This document shows, piece after piece, positions 45,323 to 55,335 of a DNA stretch of 64,000 bases; the stretch's first letter is position 1; each line of letters begins with the position of its first letter. The notes under the pieces are model-generated. The model worked only from the letters and a program-made list of their open reading frames with translations, was not told where the DNA came from and did no database searches. A program made the translations under genes and the position numbers. This DNA comes from Mycoplasma sp. CAG:877 (lineage in GTDB: Bacteria > Bacillota_I > Bacilli_A > RF39 > UBA660). Location of the stretch: contig HF992499.1 in NCBI GenBank assembly GCA_000433455.1, forward strand, positions 72,475 through 136,474, written 5' to 3'.

Positions 45323-47335
45323 ATGGGAGAAATAAAGAAAGATACTGACGAAAATGTTTATACTCTAACTGATAATTTTTTTGAGAGTCTTCATGGTAGT
45401 AAAACCTTAGAATATCGTGAAGGTCAACATACAATTGCCTTAGATATTATGGAAACTATAGAAGATCACTCTATTATTTTAGTGGAAGCTGGAACTGGTA
45501 TTGGTAAATCATTTGGTTATTTAGTGCCACTAATTTATTCAAGTACTCATGGCGAGAATTTTAAAGGTTTCATAATTTCTACATCTTCTCTTGCTCTACA
45601 AGAACAATTAAAGAAAGACATTAGTATTTTATCTGAAATGTTAGGAGAAAAAATACCTGTTCAAGTAGTAAAAGGTCAAAGTAATTATCTTTGTGAAAAA
45701 CGTTTTGAATATTTTGAAACAAGAAAAGAAAATGAAAAGATGGCCGAAATTATAAGAGAAAGATTAAGACATGGAAAAATAGAAAAGCAAGATTTTGATG
45801 ATATAAAAGGTCTAACTTGGAAAAAAATAAGTGTCGATGTAAAAAACTGTGAAAACTGTTACCATTCAGGTAGCTGTGGTTATGCCTTAAAAAGAAAAAG
45901 CTGGGCCGAAGGTAAAGCAATTATTTGTAATCACGACTATTTAATATCTGAGTATTTAAAAAGAGATGAAGATAGAAGACGTTTATCTTCTCCATCTATT
46001 ATAGTTTTTGATGAGGCTCATACACTACCAGAAAAATTTAATCTTGCCTACGAAAAAACAATAAGTAAAGCCAGTATTGAATCTGCAATATGGAAAGTCT
46101 ATGAACAGTTAGGAATGGATGACTGTGATGATAAATTAGCTATAGGTGCTTTAAATGATTTATTCCATAAAATTAGAGTAAATGCTAAAAAAGTATATAA
46201 TGCCAACGCTAGTAAAGAAGTTGAAAAATTTGATACTGAAACAACAGGATTTAACTGTACAAAATCAATAGTAGAGTCCATTGATAAAGTTCTAAAAGAA
46301 TTAACAATCCTTCATAAATATCAACAAAAGATGGCTTCCCGCGATGGTAGAATGAGATATAATAGTGCTACAGAAACAATAGAAACTACTATAGAATTAT
46401 TAACAGACTTATTAAAAATTCCAGCTAATCGTCGTAATGTATATTGGACAAACTTCGTACATGGTACTAATGAACGTATTGAAATTAAATATCTTCCTAA
46501 GAATCTATCAACTATAATTGGTAAACAGCTAGGTAGAGAAAAATGTGGTATAGCTCTTACTTCAGCAAGTCTTACAACAAAGAAAAATGATTATGGTTAC
46601 TTTAAAAAAGACTTAGGTCTAGACAACATAACTGGTAAACCGGTAATTGCTCAATTTTCGCAAAAATCCCCATATAATTATGACGCTAATGCACTTCTTT
46701 ATATGGCTACCGATGTAATCTCACCAAAAAGTACTGATCGTGAATTATATCTAGACTCTTTAGCTAAGAAAATAGAAGAGTTGATGGATGTAACCGAAGG
46801 ACGAAGCTTAGTTTTATTTACTGCAAAGAAAGATATGCAAGACGTTTATTCACGTCTAAAGAAAAAAGATAAACCATATAAAATATTAGTTCAAGAAGAA
46901 GGAAAAGATGTTAGTCGTCTAAAAGAAGAGTTTTCCAACGATGAAACATCATCTCTTCTAGCAACAGGTGTCTTCTGGGAAGGAATAGATGTAAAAGGTT
47001 CATCTCTTGAAAATGTAATTATCGCTAAACTACCATTTCCAACTGTAGATCCTATAATTCAAAATAAAGCTTCCATCTATAGTGATGGCTTTAGAGAAGT
47101 ATATTTACCAGAAATGTTATTAAAATTAAAACAAGGAACTGGTAGACTAATAAGAAGTGAAACTGACAAAGGTATAGTTGCTATCCTAGATTCAAGAGCT
47201 AAAGACTATGTAGAAGAAATTACATCTTCATTACCATATAGTAATGTTACTGCTGAAATGGATGAAGTAAAAAGATTTGCTAGTACTAATTTAACTAAAG
47301 AAAAAACTTCTGTACAAGTAAAAGTTAAACAATAG
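45323..47335 (+). CDS. dinG: DinG/Rad3(XPD)-family ATP-dependent helicase with an Fe-S cluster
   Basis: EAGTGIGKSFGYLVP (Walker A), VFDEAHTL (DEAH), Cys cluster C..RF...C.NC....C, and C-terminal LLATGVFWEGIDV ... LKQGTGRLIRS. No N-terminal exonuclease domain (YpvA-like length). Confidence 0.88.
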   Translation: MGEIKKDTDENVYTLTDNFFESLHGSKTLEYREGQHTIALDIMETIEDHSIILVEAGTGIGKSFGYLVPLIYSSTHGENFKGFIISTSSLALQEQLKKDISILSEMLGEKIPVQVVKGQSNYLCEKRFEYFETRKENEKMAEIIRERLRHGKIEKQDFDDIKGLTWKKISVDVKNCENCYHSGSCGYALKRKSWAEGKAIICNHDYLISEYLKRDEDRRRLSSPSIIVFDEAHTLPEKFNLAYEKTISKASIESAIWKVYEQLGMDDCDDKLAIGALNDLFHKIRVNAKKVYNANASKEVEKFDTETTGFNCTKSIVESIDKVLKELTILHKYQQKMASRDGRMRYNSATETIETTIELLTDLLKIPANRRNVYWTNFVHGTNERIEIKYLPKNLSTIIGKQLGREKCGIALTSASLTTKKNDYGYFKKDLGLDNITGKPVIAQFSQKSPYNYDANALLYMATDVISPKSTDRELYLDSLAKKIEELMDVTEGRSLVLFTAKKDMQDVYSRLKKKDKPYKILVQEEGKDVSRLKEEFSNDETSSLLATGVFWEGIDVKGSSLENVIIAKLPFPTVDPIIQNKASIYSDGFREVYLPEMLLKLKQGTGRLIRSETDKGIVAILDSRAKDYVEEITSSLPYSNVTAEMDEVKRFASTNLTKEKTSVQVKVKQ

Positions 47336-47349
47336 AAAGAAGGTAAAGT

Positions 47350-48327
47350 ATGGAAATAATAAAAGAAATACCCGAAGATATAACTACTGAAGAGTTAACA
47401 GAATTAATAGATGATAATATTAGAACAACAAGAAGAATGGCTAGTGAAACTAAAAAAGCTCAAGCTGAAAAGATGCTTGAATCAATAACTATAACTTTAA
47501 AAGAACCATTTGAAATAGAAATGACAGAAGTACCACTAGATGATGATATTCATTTTGACGATGACGAATTTGAAGAAGCAATTAAGCACTTCTTTGGCAA
47601 AATAGATTTTCTTGACGATATTACTCTTGATAGTATCAAAGAAAAGTTACCTGACCCTCTAGACTATGACTACCAACCAATTCTTCTACGCCTAGCAGCA
47701 GAACTATTAAAACAAAATTCTGAAATCTGTCAAATAATCTCAGAAGAATCATTACAGCCAGAAGAAGTAACAGTTCTAGAAAAAGATTTAGAAAAGAACA
47801 AACAAAAAATGGCAATTCTTAGAACCTTATTATCTGAAAAAGAAGAAGAAAAGGAAGAAGAAACTGAACAAGTTCAAAATAAATTTATCTTTGTTCCCAA
47901 TATATCTGGAAGTCCTTGTGTATTAAATGAAATAAAACACATTGACCCTGCTTATTATGAGAAATTTATTAGTCTATTTGACTCTATTAAAACCGGAAAG
48001 TTTAAAAACTTTGCTAGATTTACAGCTTATGACATCTTTGAAGTAAAAGATTTTAAAGTTCGTGTTTTATTTGCTAGACTTACTCCAGATACCTATGCCT
48101 TAATTTCAGCTTTTACTAAGAAAGTTACGACAAGTAAAGGTTATACTGAATTAGTAAACTTAAGAGCAGCTAATTACTTTAATTCAGTAGACTCACTAAA
48201 AACTAATCTTGATAACGAAGAATTTATGAAAATACAATCTGACTATGAACAGGAACTATATAATATTTTAGGTGTGGCAAAAGATAAGCTAAAAGTTATG
48301 ACGAAAAAAGGTGATAAAAATGACTAG
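47350..48327 (+). CDS. hypothetical protein: acidic N-terminal half plus a RelE/HigB/Gp49-like C-terminal domain
   Basis: The C-terminal ~100 aa (FIFVPN...FEVKDFKVRVLFARLTPDTYALISAFTKKVTTSKGY..LRAANYF) follows the Gp49/HigB pattern (..E.r....RvlF......i...F.KK...t). This is a by-eye similarity. Confidence 0.55.
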   Translation: MEIIKEIPEDITTEELTELIDDNIRTTRRMASETKKAQAEKMLESITITLKEPFEIEMTEVPLDDDIHFDDDEFEEAIKHFFGKIDFLDDITLDSIKEKLPDPLDYDYQPILLRLAAELLKQNSEICQIISEESLQPEEVTVLEKDLEKNKQKMAILRTLLSEKEEEKEEETEQVQNKFIFVPNISGSPCVLNEIKHIDPAYYEKFISLFDSIKTGKFKNFARFTAYDIFEVKDFKVRVLFARLTPDTYALISAFTKKVTTSKGYTELVNLRAANYFNSVDSLKTNLDNEEFMKIQSDYEQELYNILGVAKDKLKVMTKKGDKND

Positions 48328-50104
48328 GGAAGAGATACTACGTGAAGTTAATAGAAAACTACATATTTTGGAAACAACAATCGAGCAACCAGATGAAAAA
48401 TTACTTTTCTTACGAGAATACTTAGCAAACAATTCATTTAACCGTCTTGAGCATCTTATTAATGTTAATCAAGCCGATACAATAAAAGCCTATCTAGCCG
48501 CTACAACTTCACTTGATCTTGAAGAAATAAGTCCAATGATTTCTGACTTTATTATTCTTTTTAAAACTGAAGAAATAGAAGACGCTGATTTAATGGAATT
48601 ATTAGGTGCTATAACAGATCAATTAATTGAAGATATGCAAGAATCTATAAAAAATAAAAATCAAGGAAATATTCTTAAAGCCCTAAAAAATAGATTAACT
48701 CCAGACTTTATCGCTGCAAGTAGTTTAGCTTTATCAAATATATCTCTAGAACATAAAAAAGAAGTTATAGCTTTAACAAAATTTATGAAAAAATATATGC
48801 AATCAACTCTAACTGATGAAGAAATAGTGGCACTAAATTTAAAAGAGATATCTAATGAAAAAATAGATAATTTAGCAGATGCTTTTTCACTAGTTATAGT
48901 TGTAAAAACAGTACGTGATGGTTATTTTTATGCCAGAAGAACAATTCAAGAAGTACTTGAAGATGAATCAATGCGTGGAATAAAAAGTGAAACTCAACTA
49001 AAAAAGATATTAGATAGAGATTTATCAAAAACAATAGATTATGCCGCAATAAGAGAAACATTTAGTAAAATGGTCAATTATTACAATACGAAAGCTAAAG
49101 CAATAGAAAGTAGGGCTAGGATAAGAAATAAAGCCATTCAAACTTATAGTGAATTTTTAACATATTTTACAAGTGCTGGCTTAGATGAGGCAATAACTGA
49201 TTATAGAAGAACAGTTTCTAAAATTCCAGATGAAAATTTTAAACGAGAGATTTTAAAATATATTTATAAGTATAATCTTGATTATCAAATGCCAATAGAA
49301 GAGTTATATAATGAAACTTTAGAATTAGATTTAGATTCATATTATCCTATACTAGGAGCTTATTCAATTCCAAGAACTGAAGAAACTGTTGCCAGATTAA
49401 GAACCAAATATACTCCAGCTGAAGTAAAAAATCTTCTTGGTCAACTAGGAGAAGTTGGTATCGAAGATGAAAATGTCTTATATCAAGTTCTATTAGTAAG
49501 TAATAAAGAAGCTATAGATACTTTATGTTGTCTTGCTAAAAAAGAAGTAATTTCACCTGAAGTATTAAAAAATTATCCAGCTATATTTAACTCAGATGAC
49601 ATTTGGTATAAAAATGCTCTTACTAATATAAATACAGTTATAACTGCTGGACTAAATCCTAGATATATGAGTTCTTCAAAAATAGCTTTATTTGCTCCAC
49701 CTGAAGTAGTTAAAGAAAATATTCATAGTCTAAAAGAAAAAGAATTATTATCTAGAATTGGTAAAGATACCAATATTGATTTTATAGGTTCACTAGCAAC
49801 CAATCAAGTTCTTACACTAGCAACATCCGCTGGTTATAAAAAAGATATTGAAGAAGACATTGATCTATTAAACTTCGAAGTAGTAAAGTGGCAAAGAGTT
49901 TATATAATGAAAGAGATTGATATGCCAGTGGCATCAAGTGAGTTAAGATCCTTCTTAGAAACAAAGTCTTTCTTTATTCCAGATTATAAACTAGAAGAGT
50001 ATATTTTTGATAGTCAAGGAAATGAAAAACCAGTTCAATTTACCAAGAAAATAACCACTAGTACTGAAAAAGTAGAGGCTACAACTATTGACACAGCTAA
50101 GTAA
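48320..50104 (+). CDS. hypothetical all-helical protein (about 594 aa)
   Basis: The ATG at 48320 overlaps the upstream stop by 8 nt, with an AAGGTGA RBS. The C-terminal half contains ~30-aa helical repeats (L..LG...I....VL..) faintly reminiscent of mTERF-type repeats. Confidence 0.6.
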   Translation: MTREEILREVNRKLHILETTIEQPDEKLLFLREYLANNSFNRLEHLINVNQADTIKAYLAATTSLDLEEISPMISDFIILFKTEEIEDADLMELLGAITDQLIEDMQESIKNKNQGNILKALKNRLTPDFIAASSLALSNISLEHKKEVIALTKFMKKYMQSTLTDEEIVALNLKEISNEKIDNLADAFSLVIVVKTVRDGYFYARRTIQEVLEDESMRGIKSETQLKKILDRDLSKTIDYAAIRETFSKMVNYYNTKAKAIESRARIRNKAIQTYSEFLTYFTSAGLDEAITDYRRTVSKIPDENFKREILKYIYKYNLDYQMPIEELYNETLELDLDSYYPILGAYSIPRTEETVARLRTKYTPAEVKNLLGQLGEVGIEDENVLYQVLLVSNKEAIDTLCCLAKKEVISPEVLKNYPAIFNSDDIWYKNALTNINTVITAGLNPRYMSSSKIALFAPPEVVKENIHSLKEKELLSRIGKDTNIDFIGSLATNQVLTLATSAGYKKDIEEDIDLLNFEVVKWQRVYIMKEIDMPVASSELRSFLETKSFFIPDYKLEEYIFDSQGNEKPVQFTKKITTSTEKVEATTIDTAK

Positions 50105-50219
50105 GCATGTTATAATCTAACTGTTTGACGCCTCATGCTCAAACCGCATTGAAAAGGTTTTAAACAATTTATTGTACCTTGAGAGCGAGTCTTAAGTTAT
50201 TAATAAAGGAGGTATATTA
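50105..50219 (+). promoter_or_regulatory. rplU promoter (extended -10 TGtTATAAT at 50108-16) and candidate L21-operon leader
   Basis: Extended -10 read directly. The ~95-nt leader contains small helices (aaacc..ggttt; gctcaa..ttgag). Ribosomal-protein leaders are known upstream of rplU in Firmicutes, but the fold is not verified here. Confidence 0.4.
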
Positions 50220-50522
50220 ATGAACGCTGTAATTAAAGTTGGTGGAAAGCAACATTACGTACAAGAAAATTCAGAAATTTACGTAGAAAAGCTAGACGCT
50301 GAAGTTGGTGACACAGTAAAGTTTGATCAAGTATTAATGCTTGATAGTAAAATAGGTAGTCCTTATCTTACTAATGTTACTGTTGAAGGTGAAGTAATCA
50401 AAAACGGTAAACAAAAGAAAATTAGAGTTTTCAAGTATAAGAGTAAAGACAGATCTAACCGTAAGACTCAAGGACATAGACAACCTTATACTAAAGTAAG
50501 AATTACTAAAATTAATGGATAA
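50220..50522 (+). CDS. rplU: 50S ribosomal protein L21
   Basis: [14 protein letters not shown]... and ...GHRQPYTKV are canonical L21. Strong RBS. Confidence 0.95.
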   Translation: MNAVIKVGGKQHYVQENSEIYVEKLDAEVGDTVKFDQVLMLDSKIGSPYLTNVTVEGEVIKNGKQKKIRVFKYKSKDRSNRKTQGHRQPYTKVRITKING

Positions 50523-50524
50523 TC

Positions 50525-50827
50525 ATGATTAAAGTAAGAGTTACTAAAGAAAATGATTTAGTTCTAGGAGTTAAGTTACTAGGACATGCTATGTATGCAA
50601 ATAGAGGCAAAGATATTGTCTGTAGTGCAGCAAGTAGTATTGTAACAACAACTATAAATGGAATTTTATCATTAAATGAGGAAGGTCTAAGTTACGAAGT
50701 TACGAAGGATGGTTTAACAATCAGTAATATTTCATCTGATTTAACTATCCAAAAACTAATTAACAACATGATCAGTCTTTTAAAAGAGTTGGAAGAAAGT
50801 TATCCAGCTAACGTAGAAGTAAAATAA
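50525..50827 (+). CDS. prp: ribosomal-processing cysteine protease Prp (YsxB)
   Basis: Lies between rplU and rpmA. GHA.......D.VCSAASS catalytic His/Cys context. Confidence 0.9.
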   Translation: MIKVRVTKENDLVLGVKLLGHAMYANRGKDIVCSAASSIVTTTINGILSLNEEGLSYEVTKDGLTISNISSDLTIQKLINNMISLLKELEESYPANVEVK

Positions 50828-50838
50828 GGAGGAGAATT

Positions 50839-51129
50839 ATGAGATTTTTAAAATTAGATATTCAATTATTTGCTCATCATAAAGGGCAAGGATCAACATC
50901 TAATGGTCGTGATTCTGCAGGACGTAGATTAGGAGCTAAAGCTGCTGACGGTGAATTCATCACAGCTGGTAGTATTATATATCGTCAACGTGGAACTAAG
51001 ATATTCCCAGGAACTAATGTTCGTCGTGGAAGCGATGATACTTTATTCTCTACAATTGATGGAATCGTTAAGTTTGAACGTTTAGGAAGAGATAAGAAAC
51101 AAGCTTCAGTATATCCTAAAGAAGCATAA
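50839..51129 (+). CDS. rpmA: 50S ribosomal protein L27 with a Prp-cleavable N-terminal propeptide
   Basis: [11 protein letters not shown]|[15 protein letters not shown]...; the mature part is canonical L27. Confidence 0.95.
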   Translation: MRFLKLDIQLFAHHKGQGSTSNGRDSAGRRLGAKAADGEFITAGSIIYRQRGTKIFPGTNVRRGSDDTLFSTIDGIVKFERLGRDKKQASVYPKEA

Positions 51130-51131
51130 TG

Positions 51132-51154
51132 AAGAGCCAGATGGCTCTTTTTTT
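51132..51154 (+). terminator. rho-independent terminator
   Basis: aagagcc-agat-ggctctt followed by ttttt. Confidence 0.75.
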
Positions 51155-51222
51155 AATATAATTGTAGAATTTTATATCAATATTTGCTATACTATAACTG
51201 CTTAAAAAGGGAGGCAATAATT

Positions 51223-52497
51223 ATGTTTGTAGATGAAGTCGAAATAAGAGTAGAAGCTGGTAATGGTGGAGATGGCTGTACCGCTTTTCGTCGTGAAAAA
51301 TTTGTTGAAATGGGAGGACCATTTGGAGGTAATGGAGGTCATGGTGCTGATATAATCTTTAAAGTTGATCAAGGACTACATACTTTACTAGACCTACGTT
51401 ATCAAAAAATATTAAAAGGTAAAAAAGGTGAAAATGGTCGTGGTAAAAACCAAAATGGTAAAGGTGCAGAACCATTAATAGTAAAAGTACCTCAAGGAAC
51501 AGTAGTAACAGATTTAGAAACTGGCTTAATTATTGCTGATCTATCAAAAAAGGACCAAGAAGAAATAATTGCTAAAGGTGGTCGTGGAGGTAGAGGAAAT
51601 ACTGCTTTTAAAACTCAAACCAATACAGCTCCTGACTATTCTGAAAATGGTGAAGAAGGAGAAAGAAAAAATTTAAAAGTAGAAGTAAAATTACTTGCTG
51701 ATGTTGGACTAGTAGGACTACCTAGTGTAGGCAAAAGTACAATTATTTCTGTAATATCAAAATCAAAACCTAAAATAGCAGCTTATCACTTTACTACTTT
51801 ATCTCCAAACCTAGGAGTAACCAAAGCGACAGATGGACGTAGTTTTGTTGTAGCTGACTTACCAGGTTTAATAGAAGGAGCATCCAAAGGAGAAGGACTA
51901 GGAGATAAATTTCTACGTCATATTGAGCGTACTAAAGTAATAGCTCATGTTATTGATATGTCAGGTAGTGAGATGCGTGATCCTTATGAAGATTACCTAT
52001 TAATAAATAAAGAACTAGAGGAGTTCAACCCAAAATTATTATCAAAGCCTCAAATAATTATCGCTAATAAAATGGACTTACCAAATGCTAAAGAAAACTT
52101 AGAAGAGTTCAAGAAAAAAGTAAAAGATGAAATATTTGAAATAAGTGCCGCAACTAATTCTGGTCTTCAAAAGGTAGTAGATAGACTAGCTGATTTACTA
52201 GACTCTATTCCAAATAATCCATTATATGAAGATAATCAAATAGAAAGTCATATCTTATACAAGTTTAAAAAAGAAGAACCATATACTATAACAAGAGATT
52301 CAGATGGTACTTGGGTAATATCTGGTAAAGAAATAGAACGTATCTTTAAGATGACTAAGTTTAATAGTGAAGAAGCAATTTATCGCTTTGCCAAAAAACT
52401 ACGTCGTCTAGGAATAGATGCTAAACTAGAAAGCCTAGGAGCAGAAGTAGGCGATCAAGTACGTATTCTAGATTTCTACTTTGATTATAAAGATTAA
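51223..52497 (+). CDS. obg: GTPase Obg/CgtA
   Basis: MFVDEVEIRVEAGNGGDGC (Obg fold), GLPSVGKST, DLPGLIEGA, NKMD and a C-terminal OCT domain. GGGAGG RBS before the ATG at 51223. Confidence 0.95.
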   Translation: MFVDEVEIRVEAGNGGDGCTAFRREKFVEMGGPFGGNGGHGADIIFKVDQGLHTLLDLRYQKILKGKKGENGRGKNQNGKGAEPLIVKVPQGTVVTDLETGLIIADLSKKDQEEIIAKGGRGGRGNTAFKTQTNTAPDYSENGEEGERKNLKVEVKLLADVGLVGLPSVGKSTIISVISKSKPKIAAYHFTTLSPNLGVTKATDGRSFVVADLPGLIEGASKGEGLGDKFLRHIERTKVIAHVIDMSGSEMRDPYEDYLLINKELEEFNPKLLSKPQIIIANKMDLPNAKENLEEFKKKVKDEIFEISAATNSGLQKVVDRLADLLDSIPNNPLYEDNQIESHILYKFKKEEPYTITRDSDGTWVISGKEIERIFKMTKFNSEEAIYRFAKKLRRLGIDAKLESLGAEVGDQVRILDFYFDYKD

Positions 52498-52512
52498 TAA
52501 GTGGAGGATAAT

Positions 52513-53190
52513 ATGTTGACGATAAGTACTTTTAATATTCAAAATAAAGAAAGTAAAACTAAAGCAATAGATATATTAAAATATATAGAAGAAAATAAAA
52601 TAGATATAATTAACTTACAAGAACTATATCCAAGTTGTGAAAAAGAACTTCGTAAAAGTCTAAAAGACTACAAAATAACTGGAAAGTATCGTTACTTATA
52701 TTTTCCTAAAATAAATGAGTCAAATCCAATCATAACAAATAAAGATATTATCTATACAAAAACTTATCGTCTTCCTCATCTTCCATCGCTATTAAATAGA
52801 ATTATTACAAAAACCGTAATAAGTATTGATAACAAACAAATAACCATCTTAAATACTCATCTAGATTACAAATATCAACTAGCTAAGAAAAGACAATTAC
52901 AAGTAATTTTAAAACTATTAAAAAAAGAGACTAATCCTGTTATCTTAACAGGTGATTTTAATCTAAAAAACAATAAAGAACTATTCAATAATTTTGTAAA
53001 AGACTTAGAACAGTTAAATATTCATCATGTAGAAATAGAAGAAAAAACACTAAAAACCTCTAAATATAAAAGGGCAATTGATCACATATTTTTATCAAAT
53101 GATTTTAAACTAATAGATAAAAAAGTAATTAAAACCATAGAAACTAGTGATCATTATCCTATACTTATAAAAGTAATATTGAATAAATAG
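52513..53190 (+). CDS. endonuclease/exonuclease/phosphatase (EEP) family protein
   Basis: TFNIQN ... NLQE ... LNTHLD ... GDFN ... DHIF ... SDHYP motif series. Confidence 0.8.
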   Translation: MLTISTFNIQNKESKTKAIDILKYIEENKIDIINLQELYPSCEKELRKSLKDYKITGKYRYLYFPKINESNPIITNKDIIYTKTYRLPHLPSLLNRIITKTVISIDNKQITILNTHLDYKYQLAKKRQLQVILKLLKKETNPVILTGDFNLKNNKELFNNFVKDLEQLNIHHVEIEEKTLKTSKYKRAIDHIFLSNDFKLIDKKVIKTIETSDHYPILIKVILNK

Positions 53191-53213
53191 TTACACCGAA
53201 AGGAAAATGACAA

Positions 53214-53915
53214 GTGCTAAAGAAAGACATAACAAAACAAAAACTAAAAGCAATGCTTGAAAATTATCTTCATGAGCATCAAGAGTACTATACAGATGCT
53301 GAAAAAAAATATATCATGGAGAATTTTTCATCTGGACTTTTTACAGACTTTTCTGATGCACTATTACGTCAAATATATAGTGAACTATCTTTAATAGATG
53401 ATGAACATAATATCTATTTAGGTTTTACTAACTTAATAGAAAGAGAATTCGGTCTAGATAAACATATTTTAGAAGTAGGTGGTGGAAAAATTCCTTGTCT
53501 TGGTAAAAACATAGTTCTAAGACAAAAAAGTGGAACCATTACCGTTTATGATCCAGATCTAATAACTACAACATCACCTTATAAAAACTTAAACCTAAAG
53601 AAAAAAAACTTTACTACGCAATTAATAATTCCAAAACCAGATCTAATAATTGGTTTTACTCCAACAACCGCAACAGATCAAATTTTAGAATATGCTTTCG
53701 CAACCAATACTGATTTTATGATAGCTTTATCGGATATATTTGATGAGGTTGACTTTTATCAAGAAGAAGACGACATCTGGACTCATTGGCAAAAGGAAAA
53801 AATCTATGAAGCAAGGAAATTGGTTGCTAAAAACAATATGGGTAAATTAATGATTGAAACACTAGAAAAGTATGACAACCCATATCCAATTATATATAAC
53901 AAGCGCAAACGTTGA
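53214..53915 (+). CDS. hypothetical protein with a Rossmann-like ILEVGGGKIP motif
   Basis: GTG start after AAAGGA. The only recognisable element is a G-rich loop followed by ..VYDPD, suggesting a methyltransferase-like or nucleotide-binding fold. Confidence 0.45.
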   Translation: MLKKDITKQKLKAMLENYLHEHQEYYTDAEKKYIMENFSSGLFTDFSDALLRQIYSELSLIDDEHNIYLGFTNLIEREFGLDKHILEVGGGKIPCLGKNIVLRQKSGTITVYDPDLITTTSPYKNLNLKKKNFTTQLIIPKPDLIIGFTPTTATDQILEYAFATNTDFMIALSDIFDEVDFYQEEDDIWTHWQKEKIYEARKLVAKNNMGKLMIETLEKYDNPYPIIYNKRKR

Positions 53916-54011
53916 CTATTATTGACATTTGTAAAGTAAAAAGTAATTGCTTAGGTCGCATTTTATGATATAATCAAGTTAGATTAAAATTGCGAAAGTG
54001 AGAATGTAAAT

Positions 54012-54869
54012 ATGTACGACGAGAATTATTTAATTCAAAATGGTGTAGACGTAACAAAAAGTCTAGAACTATTTGGTGATATCAATACTTATAATGAAAT
54101 TGTTGGAGAATTTTTAGTAAGTGCTAAAGAAAAGCAAGCTAAACTTCAACAATATAAAGATGAAAAGGATATGGCTAATTATACAATTTATATCCATTCC
54201 TTAAAAAGTGATGCTAAATACTTTGGTTTCACAAAACTAGCAACAATGGCTGAAGAACAAGAACAAAAAAGTAGAGAAGGAGATGTCTTCTTCATATATG
54301 AAAATTTCCAACCTCTAATTGATGAAATACAAAGAATGATGTTGGTTGTTAAAAAGTACTTATATCCTGAAACAGAAACTCAAGTGCCTCAAGTACCACA
54401 ACCAGCAGCTCAACAAGTTGTAGTACCAACTCCACAAGCAGTAGCATCTTCACCAGAAGAAGATTTACCAGAGCCATATACTCAAAAAACAATTTTAGTA
54501 GCTGATGACTCTAATATTATTCGTAATTTCGTAAAGAGAATCTTTAGTGAAAAATATAATGTAGGCGTAGCTCAAGATGGAGCAGAAGCCTTAAAAATAA
54601 TTAAATCTAATCAAAACAACGAAGAAATAGTTGCTGTTTTATTAGATTTAAACATGCCAAGAGTAGACGGATTTGCTGTTCTAGACTTTATGAATGATAA
54701 TCAATTATTTGGTAAAATGCCAGTATCAATCATTTCTGGAGACTCTTCAAAAGATACAATTGCTAAAGCTTTTGGTTATCAAATTGTTGATATGCTAGCT
54801 AAACCATTTACTGAAATGGATATCAAACACGTCGTAGAAAAAACAATTTACTTTAAAAATATCGATTAA
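54012..54869 (+). CDS. fused HPt phosphotransfer domain - response-regulator receiver protein
   Basis: HPt: IHSLKSDAKYFGF. P/Q/V-rich linker. REC: ILVADDSNIIRNF, LLDLNMPRVDG, ISGD, KPF. No output domain. Confidence 0.8.
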   Translation: MYDENYLIQNGVDVTKSLELFGDINTYNEIVGEFLVSAKEKQAKLQQYKDEKDMANYTIYIHSLKSDAKYFGFTKLATMAEEQEQKSREGDVFFIYENFQPLIDEIQRMMLVVKKYLYPETETQVPQVPQPAAQQVVVPTPQAVASSPEEDLPEPYTQKTILVADDSNIIRNFVKRIFSEKYNVGVAQDGAEALKIIKSNQNNEEIVAVLLDLNMPRVDGFAVLDFMNDNQLFGKMPVSIISGDSSKDTIAKAFGYQIVDMLAKPFTEMDIKHVVEKTIYFKNID

Positions 54870-54870
54870 A

Positions 54871-54900
54871 AAAGAGTAATTATAAATTACTCTTTTTCTT
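54871..54900. terminator. bidirectional terminator hairpin
   Basis: aaagagtaat-tataa-attactcttt between convergent genes. Confidence 0.7.
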
Positions 54901-55213
54901 TTACTGTAAATTCATCTCCGACTTTAAAATTATCACTAACACCAACAGGAGTTAAATATATATATAAAACTTTTCTTCTAGGAAGAAGTATCTTGTCAGC
55001 TTTAAAATTCTTATATATATAAATAATTTTATTATCTTTATCAGTCTCTATAATATCAACGTTTTGACAAAACCAATAAGTAGTTAAACCTTTTCTCCTC
55101 ATCATATAAATATCTTCAATTGGTTCTAAATAAAATTTCAAACTCTTAAGTTTTAACCAGAAAGTATTTAAATAAATAACATCATATTTTTTCTTTTCAA
55201 TCTTAATATACAT
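54887..55213 (-). CDS. DUF192-like small protein
   Basis: ~108 aa. The pattern ...GL....W..N..DII..D.D.KI..I.......P......Y.LE/T..G......VGD is reminiscent of COG1430/DUF192. Weak. Confidence 0.45.
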   Translation of the reverse strand: MYIKIEKKKYDVIYLNTFWLKLKSLKFYLEPIEDIYMMRRKGLTTYWFCQNVDIIETDKDNKIIYIYKNFKADKILLPRRKVLYIYLTPVGVSDNFKVGDEFTVKEKE

Positions 55214-55335
55214 AAAATCACCTGTTCCTACTAAAATTATAACATAATACGTAAAAGTTATTAAATAATAATATAAAATCTTTTCCTATTATTAAAAATG
55301 TGATATTATAAAAAAGGAAATGAGGAGGTATAAGT

